DNA of 64,000 nucleotides from Chthoniobacteraceae bacterium (GTDB lineage: Bacteria; Verrucomicrobiota; Verrucomicrobiia; Chthoniobacterales; Chthoniobacteraceae): NCBI GenBank assembly GCA_044348365.1, contig JBIKSY010000001.1:9225-73224 (forward strand). Direction: 5' to 3'. Below are positions 19,491 through 28,700 of the stretch, one piece after another. Every line of letters starts with the position of its first letter. Positions within the stretch are counted from its first letter, which is position 1. The position numbers and the translations under genes were made by a program. Below the pieces are notes generated by a model that had not been told where the DNA came from, ran no database searches, and saw only the letters and a program-made list of their open reading frames with translations.

Positions 19491-20771
19491 CTAACCGCCC
19501 GAGGGCCCGTGGGGCAGCTCCAGAAACACAATGCAAGATGGGTTGCCCACCGCCGTGTAGTGTCCGGTGAAGGACAGCTTCCCCGAGCCCTGCTGCACGC
19601 GGAAGGCCGCGATGTTGTCACCCCGCTGGTTGCAGGAATAGAGAAACCGGCCGGTAGGGTCGAAATTGAAGCTGCGTGGATAGTTTCCGCGCGTCCATTC
19701 CTCTCCGACAAACCGTAGGAGCCCGTTTTTTCCCACCGCAAAAACCGAGATGCTGTCGTGCAGCCGGTTGCCGGCGTACACAAACCGCCCGTCCGTGGAC
19801 ACCATGATTTCAGAGCAGAAATTGCTGCCGGCAAAGCCCGGTGGCAGGCTCGAGATGGTTTGGCGGTGGGCAAGATGGCCCTGCGCCGGGTCATACTCAA
19901 ACAGCACGATGTTGGAGCCCTCCTCCTGCAGGGAGTACAGCCAGCTTCCCTTCGGATGGAAGTAGAAGTGGCGCGGGCCATCCCCCGGCGGGAGGGCGAC
20001 AGAAGGGGGCGTGTTCGGGGTCAGCACTCCGGCACGGTCGTCAAACTTGGAAACGAAAATCCGGTCCAGCCCCAGATCCGAGTGGAGCACAAACTTTCCC
20101 GCCGGATCCGACAGGATCATGTGGGCGTGGGTCCGGTCGTGGCCACTAAAAGCGAAGCTGCCCGAGGGCGCGTGGGTGGCCGTCCTCGGCCCGAGGGCGC
20201 CTTCGTCGGTTTTGACGTCGGACGGCTCTCCGAGGCTGCCGTCGGGAAGGACCGGCAGCACGGCCACCGAGCCGCCAAAATAATTGGCCACAAACACAAA
20301 CCGTCCCGAGGGATGCAGGCTCAGGTAGGTCGGACCCGCCCCGCCGGAGCGGACGGTGTTGAGGAGTTTGGGCTGGCCGTCTTCCGGATTGACGGCAAAG
20401 GAGCTGAGGGTGCCCTCGGCCCCGGTCCCCGTCTTGTCGGTTTCGTTTGCCGAATACAGGCGGGTGCCGGCGGCGTTGAAGGCCAGACAGCTTGGGCTGG
20501 TGCCCATCTCGACCACGCCGCGCGGGGTGAGCGCGCCTGTGGCCCGGTCCACTTCAAAAAGATGGATGCCGCGGCCGTTTCCAGGGGGCAGATCCACCTG
20601 GGTAGGCAGCACGTCTTGCAGCGGCGAACTGAAGGTGCCGACGTAGGCCATCATGGGTCCCTGTGGGGCCTTGTCTCTGGCCAGCAGCGCGGGGCTGGTC
20701 GCTGCGATTTGAACCGCGGCACCCGCGGCCGTTTTGAGGAAGGCCCGTCGGGAAAAGGGGGGAGGGGTCAT
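19491..20771 (-). CDS. lactonase-type 7-bladed beta-propeller protein with TAT signal
   Basis: Twin-arginine leader MTPPPFSRRAFLKTAAGAAV. Repeated blade motifs (GxxPxxxxxxPxGRFLY/VAN: GRFVFVANYFGGSV, GRFVYAGNRLHDSI, GRFLYSCNQRGDNI). Confidence 0.75.
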   Translation of the reverse strand: MTPPPFSRRAFLKTAAGAAVQIAATSPALLARDKAPQGPMMAYVGTFSSPLQDVLPTQVDLPPGNGRGIHLFEVDRATGALTPRGVVEMGTSPSCLAFNAAGTRLYSANETDKTGTGAEGTLSSFAVNPEDGQPKLLNTVRSGGAGPTYLSLHPSGRFVFVANYFGGSVAVLPVLPDGSLGEPSDVKTDEGALGPRTATHAPSGSFAFSGHDRTHAHMILSDPAGKFVLHSDLGLDRIFVSKFDDRAGVLTPNTPPSVALPPGDGPRHFYFHPKGSWLYSLQEEGSNIVLFEYDPAQGHLAHRQTISSLPPGFAGSNFCSEIMVSTDGRFVYAGNRLHDSISVFAVGKNGLLRFVGEEWTRGNYPRSFNFDPTGRFLYSCNQRGDNIAAFRVQQGSGKLSFTGHYTAVGNPSCIVFLELPHGPSGG

Positions 20772-20816
20772 GGGCGGATGCTGCCCGCGCCCACTCTGGG
20801 AGGCGACATTTTTGTG

Positions 20817-21674
20817 TCACGTTCGGGGACCGCCCCGGCGGTAGTCGCGCGGGGCGCACCCGTGGCGTTTCTGAAACTGGCGGTTGAAGCTTGAAAGGGT
20901 GCCGAAGCCGCTCTCCATGGCAATCCGGGTGATGCCATCGGTGGTCTCCCGCAACAGCGAGGCCGCGTGGTCGACGCGCAGCTCCGTTAGGAAATCCCAG
21001 AGCCCCCTGCCGCTGATCCGTTTGAAAAACCGGCTGAACGCCGCAGGACTCATCGCCGCCGCCGCCGCCACCTCCCCAAGCGAAAGTCCGGGGTCGCGGA
21101 ACTGGGCCATCAAATGGGCGTAGGCGCGGCCCATCCGGGAGGTGCCCTCCTCGCTGTCGTCCACAATATAGCCCTCCCCCGCCAGCCTCCGGGCCCGGCT
21201 GCCGGCCAACTCGCCCAGAATCTGCAGCAGGCAGAATACTGCGGAGTGCCCTGTCAAACCGGGCAGGCTCTGGAGCGCCTCCGCCGCACGGCGTGCGTGT
21301 GCGCCCTCGAAAACCAAACCCCGCCGGGCCCTCCCAAAGAAACTCCGGAGGGTCCGCATTTCGGGCAGCTCCAGCAGGGTCCCGCCGGGAAAAGACGCGG
21401 GAAACTGCACCACGACGGCCCTCGCCGCCCCCGCGGACGCACCACCCTGGCTGTGCCAAAAATGAGGCAGACCGGGTCCCAGCAGCACAAAATCGCCCGC
21501 CTGGAACGGCTCGATACTGTCGGCCACAAACCGCTTTCCCTCACCCTCGAGAATCAGGGTCAGTTCCCATTCGGGGTGAAAATGCCACTCCGCATCAAAG
21601 GCCGGCTGCCCGATGCTCAGCACGTGCAGGGCGCGTCCTGCACCGGGTTCGATCCGCTCGTATTTTGGCTTCAT
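20817..21674 (-). CDS. AraC family transcriptional regulator with N-terminal cupin sensor domain
   Basis: Start at MKPKYERIEP. Cupin-like WHFHPEWELTLILEGEG. C-terminal HTH_AraC (SPAAFSRFFKRISG..., GFGTLSSFNRQFQKRHGCAPRDYRR). Confidence 0.8.
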   Translation of the reverse strand: MKPKYERIEPGAGRALHVLSIGQPAFDAEWHFHPEWELTLILEGEGKRFVADSIEPFQAGDFVLLGPGLPHFWHSQGGASAGAARAVVVQFPASFPGGTLLELPEMRTLRSFFGRARRGLVFEGAHARRAAEALQSLPGLTGHSAVFCLLQILGELAGSRARRLAGEGYIVDDSEEGTSRMGRAYAHLMAQFRDPGLSLGEVAAAAAMSPAAFSRFFKRISGRGLWDFLTELRVDHAASLLRETTDGITRIAMESGFGTLSSFNRQFQKRHGCAPRDYRRGGPRT

Positions 21675-21787
21675 GTGCGCTTGGATTGCTCTGCAAAAGG
21701 CTTTTCCGCGTTTCCGGAGCAATAATTGCACAATATCAGAAAAGCAGAAGGCAGAAGCCGGCCCCCATTTCCGGGCATCCTGCATCC

Positions 21788-23227
21788 ATGTCCAGCTCCC
21801 CGAACTCCGCATCCTACCAGTCCTTTCGGAACCTTCCGCCCCTGGCCGGGCTAGCCACCTTTGAGGCGGCGCAGGCGCCGGGCCTCTCCGTGGAGGCCTG
21901 CGTCAACCGGCTCAAACGGTTCCACTGGAGCTTCCGCCGGCTGCACCAGATCTTCGTGCACAGGCTCGTGAGCGAACCGGTCTACGAGCTTAAGATGGCC
22001 TTCAGCCTGCACGCGCACTACTGCGCGGAACACGCCGCCGCGCTGCGTGCGCGGGTGGCCGAAATGCGGGAGCCTCCCCTCGGGCTCGACCACATGCCGG
22101 ACGCGGCGCTCGACTTGTTTTTTGACGAGGTGCTTTCTTCCTCCGACACGGCCGCCCTTTTGGCAGGCATCTACAGGCACGCCCTCCCCGCACTGCTCGG
22201 GGCGCTCGAAAACTACGCGGCCGCCACCAATCCCCTGGTGGACCATCCGTCCCTGCGGGTCTGCCGGTTTGCGCTCCTTGAGGTTCGCGAAATGGAGGCG
22301 TACGGCCGCCAGGCGCTTGAGTGTTTCGGCACGGAGGCGGCGGCGATTCCCGGGGCTTGGTCGGCGAACCTGTCCCTGCTGCTTGCCCAGGCGGGAGGTC
22401 TGGACGGGAGCGAGCCCCGCGCGGCGGGCGAGCCCCGGCGGGCGGGTACGGAACGTCCCTATGCCTTCAACCCGGTTCCCGCGAGGGATGAGCGGTTTTC
22501 GGATCCGTACAACATGGGGGTGCACGCAGAGGCGTTTTTGTACGACAACACGCTCCCCGCGGCGCCGAAGACGCTCATGATGTTCTACAAGCGGCTCCGC
22601 GAAATCGACGTGCCCGAGGTCATCGCCTCAATCCTTGCGGAGACGTCAGGAAAACCGTGGGCGTATTCGGTCGACATGACGCGCCAGCTTTGGGACGAGG
22701 CCCGGCACGCGATGATGGGGGAGGTGGGTTTCCTGAAGGCGGGCGTGGACTGGCGCCAGCACGTGCCGATCAACTTCACCTGGTCGCTCGCGCTCAACAC
22801 CCAGCTCACGGCCATCGAACGGCACGCGGTCCTGTACTTCATCGAGCAGGGGCTCATGCCCAAGACTGGCAAGCGGTTTGAGTGGGAGGTCGGCCTTGCC
22901 TCGGGCGATCCGTTTGCCGCGCTTGCGCAAGACTTCGACTGGGCCGACGAAGTTCTCCATGCGCGCATCGGTCGCGACTGGTATGTGCGCGAGATGGGAG
23001 ATTCCAAGACCGCGACCGCTTACGGGGACGAATGCTGGCTGCGGGTGCTCATTGACTGGGAGAAGTACCGGAGCGAGGGCCTTACCGCGCACAGAAACTG
23101 GTGGCCCGGCCTCTACGCCGCCTGGTGCAAGGCCCACGCGGCGGAGCCCGACCCGGGCGTCCTTGCCTTCGCGACAAACTACTCCCAAAAACGGGCGGAT
23201 TTGCGCGAACTCACAGCGTCGGCTTAG
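21788..23227 (+). CDS. ferritin-like (DUF455-like) putative di-iron protein, two-lobed
   Basis: ATG at 21788, divergent from the AraC gene. ExxH-type motifs (WDEARHAMMGE, DWADEVLHARIG). The upstream part of the listed 644-aa ORF is antisense to the AraC gene and was not called. Confidence 0.55.
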   Translation: MSSSPNSASYQSFRNLPPLAGLATFEAAQAPGLSVEACVNRLKRFHWSFRRLHQIFVHRLVSEPVYELKMAFSLHAHYCAEHAAALRARVAEMREPPLGLDHMPDAALDLFFDEVLSSSDTAALLAGIYRHALPALLGALENYAAATNPLVDHPSLRVCRFALLEVREMEAYGRQALECFGTEAAAIPGAWSANLSLLLAQAGGLDGSEPRAAGEPRRAGTERPYAFNPVPARDERFSDPYNMGVHAEAFLYDNTLPAAPKTLMMFYKRLREIDVPEVIASILAETSGKPWAYSVDMTRQLWDEARHAMMGEVGFLKAGVDWRQHVPINFTWSLALNTQLTAIERHAVLYFIEQGLMPKTGKRFEWEVGLASGDPFAALAQDFDWADEVLHARIGRDWYVREMGDSKTATAYGDECWLRVLIDWEKYRSEGLTAHRNWWPGLYAAWCKAHAAEPDPGVLAFATNYSQKRADLRELTASA

Positions 23228-23277
23228 CCTGAAATCCATGCGCCCAACCCCCACCCAACCCCCACCCAACCCCGTCC

Positions 23278-24000
23278 ATGACTGAATCAAAACCCTGTGC
23301 AGTGGTCACCGGCGCCGCGCGCGGAATCGGCAGAGCCCTGGCCGCGCGCCTCCTCAAGGAAGGCTACCGCGTCGTCTTAAGCGACGTGGACGAGGCCGCC
23401 CTGCTGGAAACCACCAGCGCGCTAGGCTCCCCGGATGCCGTCGCGTGCCGAGCCGATGTTAGTTCCGCGGCAGACTGCGCGCGTCTTGCCGGGTGCGCCG
23501 GCACGCCGGGCGGCATCGCGCTGTGGATCAACAATGCGGGGCTCGCCCGCCACCGGGCGATCGTCGACTACACCGAGGCGGAAATCGACCTCATGCTTTC
23601 GGTCAACCTCAAGGGGACGATCCTTGGCAGTCAGGCCGCCCTGCGGGCGATGGCCCCACTGCGGGCCGGCCACATCATCAACATCATTTCCACCGCGTCG
23701 CTGCGGGGCATTCCGTCGGAGACCGTGTATTGCGCCGCAAAGTGGGGTGTGCGCGGCTTCACCCAAGGGCTCCGCGAAGAGGCTGCCGCCGTGGGGGTGC
23801 GGGTCACCGCGCTCCTGCCCGGCGGAGTGGACACCGGGTTTTGGAAGGACGCCGTTTCGCGGAATATGCCGACGGAGGATTTTCTCACCGCCGAACAGGT
23901 GGCCGACGCGGTGGTGGCGCTGGCGCGGATGGATGCGTCCGTTGTCCCGCAGGAACTGGTGCTGCGCGCACTCAAAGACCGGGACTTCGCCCATGTCTAA
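23278..24000 (+). CDS. short-chain dehydrogenase/reductase (SDR)
   Basis: Cofactor motif VVTGAARGIGRALA, NNAG, and catalytic YCAAKWGV (YxxxK). Confidence 0.85.
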   Translation: MTESKPCAVVTGAARGIGRALAARLLKEGYRVVLSDVDEAALLETTSALGSPDAVACRADVSSAADCARLAGCAGTPGGIALWINNAGLARHRAIVDYTEAEIDLMLSVNLKGTILGSQAALRAMAPLRAGHIINIISTASLRGIPSETVYCAAKWGVRGFTQGLREEAAAVGVRVTALLPGGVDTGFWKDAVSRNMPTEDFLTAEQVADAVVALARMDASVVPQELVLRALKDRDFAHV

Positions 24001-24829
24001 GTCCAAGGACGCCCCCAGCGTGGAACATCCGTTCCGGACCGTCGAAATTTCGGACCCCGCCCTGGAGACCGACGGGCTCCGTTGGGTGACGGTGAAGAGC
24101 CGTGCCCTCGGCCAGCGCTGCGACGCCTGCGTGTTTGAGTGCCCGGGCGCGGCGGATGCCGGCCCGGTACCGGTGGTTATTCTGCTGCACGGCGTCTACG
24201 GAAGCCATTGGGCGTGGGCGCTCAAGGGAGGGGCCCACCGGACCGCCGCGAGGCTGGTCTTCGAGGGGGCGATCCGGCCCATGGTGTTGGTGATGCCCAG
24301 CGACGGCCTGTGGGGGGACGGCAGCGGCTATCTCCCGCACCGAACCCAGGATTTTGAGCGTTGGATTGTCGAGGAGGTGCCTTTGGTTGCCCGGTTGGCG
24401 TCGTCCGCCTGCTCGGCGGAGTCGCCTGTCTTTATCGCGGGGCTTTCCATGGGGGGCTTCGGGGCGTTGAGGCTTGCCGCCAAATACCCGCGGAGGTTTG
24501 CCGCTGCCTCCGCCCATTCTGCGGCCACCCATTTTGACCAGCTGCAGCCCTTTGTGGAGGAACATCCGGCGACGTTCACAGTGCTCGAGGAGGACCGTTC
24601 GGTGCTCGACCAAATGTTGCGCTCGAGGGACGTCCTGCCGCCCTTCCGCTTCGACTGCGGGCGGGAGGACATCCTGCTGGAAGGCAACCGCGAGCTGCAC
24701 AAGGCGCTGGTTGCGGCCGGCGTGCAGCACACTTACGAGGAGTTTTCCGGAGGGCACCAGTGGCCTTACTGGACAGAACACCTCGAGGATACGCTCCGGT
24801 TTTTCGAAGCCTCTCTGCCGCCCCGGTAG
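23993..24829 (+). CDS. alpha/beta hydrolase, putative esterase family (esterase D-like)
   Basis: ATG 23993 overlaps the SDR stop by 8 nt. LLHGVYGSHWAW, nucleophile elbow GLSMGGFGAL, C-terminal GGHQWPYW. Confidence 0.75.
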   Translation: MSKSKDAPSVEHPFRTVEISDPALETDGLRWVTVKSRALGQRCDACVFECPGAADAGPVPVVILLHGVYGSHWAWALKGGAHRTAARLVFEGAIRPMVLVMPSDGLWGDGSGYLPHRTQDFERWIVEEVPLVARLASSACSAESPVFIAGLSMGGFGALRLAAKYPRRFAAASAHSAATHFDQLQPFVEEHPATFTVLEEDRSVLDQMLRSRDVLPPFRFDCGREDILLEGNRELHKALVAAGVQHTYEEFSGGHQWPYWTEHLEDTLRFFEASLPPR

Positions 24830-24831
24830 GC

Positions 24832-24938
24832 CCGGGCGCTTCCTCCGCGGCTTCTCCGCGTGGGTTTGGGAAATACTAAGGCGGGGCTGAAAGCCCTTTG
24901 AGCAGGGGACACTCGCCCGCGGGCACGCCTTCGCCCCT
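24832..24938. repeat. 107-bp direct repeat, left copy (dead duplicate of the DUF2293 gene 3' end)
   Basis: Aligns base for base with 36479-36585; I count 7 mismatches. The minus strand reads RGEGVPAGECPLLKGLSAPP*, versus ...RGEGVPAGECPLLKGLSSAP* in the intact gene. Confidence 0.9.
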
Positions 24939-24940
24939 CG

Positions 24941-24965
24941 CCCTACTTCGCGGACTCGCGTCTAA
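24941..24965. repeat. 25-nt repeat CCCTACTTCGCGGACTCGCGTCTAA (left terminal copy)
   Basis: Identical 25-mer at 36285-36309 in direct orientation. The first 16 nt recur as a reverse complement at 36457-36472. Confidence 0.9.
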
Positions 24966-24977
24966 AAACGGCTATTT

Positions 24978-25552
24978 TCAGGACTTGGTTTTATCGGAGA
25001 TTTTCCCGTTGGTGCAGTAGCAGCACTGCCTGCCGTAGGCATAGTGGCTGCCTTTGAACGAGGTGGGGCTTGCCGAGCGTCCTTCGATGCTCAGCTCCTT
25101 GACTCCCGGTGCTTTTGCGAAGGATGTGGCAACGTGTCCCACACTGTTTGGATTCTTGGCCACCTCGGATGCAATCTGTCCGTTGCCCGCCAATTTCTGG
25201 GCAGTTGGTTGGGCGTGCCCTTTTGATCGTGTCTTGGCCGGTCACTGAGTACCGCGGCAAACCGAGCCGCCGTGACCTCCACACGCATCGTCCGCTCATA
25301 ATTCAACTGAAGATGCTTCGCGAAGAACTCAAACGTTTTTCGTGCGGGTGCATTTGTCAGAACCGAGGATTGCGTCGGCTGCAAAATAACCGCGGCGATT
25401 CGAGCCACGGACCACCCGCATCAAACATCCCGCCACCTCCCGCCATCGTGCACCGACGTCCTTGGACCAAAGACGCCGTCCAGCCGCCCGAACTCGAGCC
25501 TCAGCCGCTCCGTCGCAAGTTTGACTCTCTTAGTACGTGCCACCAAAGCCAT
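24978..25552 (-). pseudogene. decayed PstS-family (phosphate-binding-like) substrate-binding protein fragment, frameshifted
   Basis: Three minus-strand frames carry consecutive pieces resembling the PstS family: ...NAPARKTFEFFAKHL..., then MAGNGQIASEVAKNPNSVGHVATSFAKAPGVKELSIEG...SHYAYGRQCCYCTNGK. The PstS pattern as I remember it is SGT..F, ...IGYV..., VK.L.I.G, YPLSR.LY.YTNG. No single intact frame exists. Confidence 0.4.
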
Positions 25553-25710
25553 CTTCGATGTCTCACCAGCGCGCAGCGTGGCCCCTCGGCAGTCGCCGCA
25601 GTTTGTTTACCAAATTTGAAACTAGCACATTCAAAAATTCCGACCTAATTAGGGGGGTTTCCTAGATCGCCCCCATTCGAAATCCTGCGGCGCTTCAGGG
25701 AGGGTGAGCT

Positions 25711-28700
25711 TTGTCTGATCGCAACTTTGATTTTAATTTTATGAATATTAAGTGTCTAGGGAACGTTTGTTTGCGTTTTTTACCGGTGTTTGTTTCGGTC
25801 ATTACCGTTTTTGTCGCCGGCTTGGAGACCCTCTGCGCTGAGGATTTGAAACTCGGAACCACCCAAATCACCCGGTCCTCTGGCGTGATTTTGAATCCCA
25901 TGCCCGCGGCGGGAAATGTGCAGCCTACCGTCTCGATGGGCGGCGGCCACACTCTGGCGGTGGATCAGGTTGGGACCCTCTGGGCCTGGGGCAAAAACGA
26001 CAAGGGCCAGATCGGGGACGGCAGCACCGAGAACCGGAATGCTCCCGTGAGGATTGAGCGGGACGGTGTGCGTTGGGTGGGAGTGGCCGCCGGGTTGGAT
26101 TTTTCGCTTGCGATCGACAGCGATGGGAAGCTGTGGTCTTGGGGCTCCAACGCGGCCGGTCAACTCGGCGACGGCACCAATTCTGATTCGCTGATTCCCA
26201 AGCAAGTTGGTTCGGCAACCGACTGGAGAGCGGTCTCAGCGGGAGACTTCCACGCCTTGGCTTTGAAAAGTAGCGGCGACCTGTATTCATGGGGCAGTAA
26301 TCAGTCTGGGCAGCTCGGGCGCTCCCTTACCGCCGTGTCGGGGGTGGTGCCTTCGATGAGCATGACTCCAGGGCAAGTGACTGGAACTTGGAAAGCCGTC
26401 TCCGCGGGCGGTTCTCATTCGCTCGCCATCAGTTCAAACAATGCGGCTCAGTCTTGGGGCGCGAACTACAAAGGGCAGCTTGGCCGCAACACCGTCTCCG
26501 AGACCGATGGTACGCCTCTGGATGCGTTCGGTGGTGTTTCCGTTGACAGCGTGGCCGCCGGTGGCGATTTCAGCGTGCTGGTCAAAAGCGGTGGCGGAGT
26601 TGATGTGTACGGCGACAACCAGTACGGCCAATTGGGCGACGTCGCCCTTCCCTCGGGCGCTTATAACAACACCGGGGCGGCTTCTGTGCCGCTTCCTCTT
26701 GCCTCGACTGTCAGCCTCGTCGTGGCCGGAAGGCAGCACGCCCTCGCGCTCCTTCAGGATGGCAGTGTGAAGGCGTGGGGCCGGGACGATTCCGGCCAGG
26801 CGCCCGCTTCGGTGGATCTCGGGGGCGGTACCCCGGCTGGGGTTCACGCGGGGGGTAAAAACTCACTGGTTGTGTTTTCTGACGGCTCCATTTCTACCTT
26901 CGGCCGGAACATCGAGGGCCAGCACGGAGACGGCGCCATTCAGATCCAGTCGATTCCCGTTAACAAGTTTCCCTTGAGGTCTTACGCCCAGGTGGAGGTG
27001 GGCGAGCGGCACACCCTCGCGATTGACCACGACGGCAAGCTCTGGGCGTGGGGCGGCAACTCCGCGGGCCAGCTCGGTGACGGGACCATCGCGGATTCTT
27101 CAGTCCCCGTCACCCCCAACGGTCTCGGTGTAGGCAACTGGACGAAGATCGCGGCGGGTGCCAATAACAGCGCGGCGATTAATGCGACAGGCGAATTGTA
27201 CATCTGGGGGTCCAACTATGACGGCCAGTTTGGAAACGGTTCCACAACCCCGGGACTCTCGCCCGTGAAGGTGGCGGGGACGTGGAGCGAAGTGGCAATC
27301 GGAGAGGGGCATGTCTTAGCGATCAACTCCGCGGGAAAGCTTTTCGCGTGGGGCAACAACATGAACTCGCAGCTGGGCTGGGCGAAAGTTGGGAACCAGA
27401 CAAACCAGTTGAGTCCAAAGCAGGTCGGCAGTGCCGCTGATTGGGCCAAGGTGACGGCAGGTCAGAACCACTCCCTCGGCCTCCGTGGCACGTCCCTCTA
27501 CGGATGGGGACAAAACGTGCTCGGGCAGTTGGGCAACGGCAGCAACACCGACGCCACCGCCCCCGTGAAGATCGGGACACTGTCTTGGGACACGATTCGG
27601 GCGGGCGGTTCTACGTCTGCGGGGATCTCGGGCGGAAAACTCTACGTGTGGGGCAACAACGACAAGGGCCAGTTGGGTAATGGGGGAACCCAGCCCTCAA
27701 ATGCACCAAAGCAGTTCGGCGACAAGGGGACCCTGCCGTTAGATCCATCGCAAGAGATTTTAAAGAATCTTAGATTTATGGCGGTTGGGGTCAGTCCGAC
27801 AGCCATCGCTGCGGTCACTACCGACGGGAAAATCTGGGTCTCCGGCTCGAACGATGGCGGCAGAATCGGCTACGGTTCGGTGTCGGGCACAAAGGTCCCG
27901 GTAAAGCTGAGCATTCCAGTCGGCCCTAGCACCGTCTCCTCTGTCTCCTCTGTCTCGTTGGGAGGGGCATCGGGAGCAGCCATAACTTCGGTGAAGGCGC
28001 TCTACGTATGGGGCTTCAACAAGTATGGCCAGTTGGGGGAATCGGAGCAGGACTTGGGTGCCCACAGAGCAATTATTCCGCAGGCTCCCTCCGTCAACGT
28101 GCTGGCGACAGCGAAAAACGGAAGCTTGAACACTTCCTCCGCGGGACCGGACCTCGCCTTTGGAGAGGGGGATGCAGTCGTGTTCACTGCGACCCCTTCG
28201 GGAACCGGCCCGTTCACTTGCCAGTGGCGCAAGGACGGCGTGGACATCAACGGAGCGACGGGGCCGACCCACGAGATTGCCTCTGCAGGCCCCCTGAGCG
28301 CGGGGGTCTATGATGTGGTGGTGTCCAGTGCGTATGGTTCGAACGTGGAGTCCGCGAACACCATCACGGCGGTTCTCTGGCTCGCACCGCAGATCACGGA
28401 GCAACCGGTGGCCGTGAATGCCCTCAGCGGAACCAATGCCGCACTCAATGTCACTGCAACAGGAACCGCCTTGTCTTACGCTTGGAAGTCAGTCTCCGGC
28501 GGAGCGGTGATCGCTACCGGCGCTTCTTTTTCTGCGCCTGCGCGAGACGACGATTACAATGTGACCGTCTCTAGCTCCAAGAACGGGACGGCCGTCGACG
28601 TCATCAGTAACACCGTAGCCGTGAGGTTCTACGACCAAGTCGTACTGCAGGCGCCCGACACCAACAGGGTTGGCTCAGGCTCCCAGACTATCGTCAAGTC

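Noticed and set aside
21293-21787. N-terminal 165 codons of the listed 644-aa ORF
   Set aside because: This part runs antisense through the AraC regulator gene and is Pro/Arg-rich. The conserved-looking protein begins at ATG 21788.
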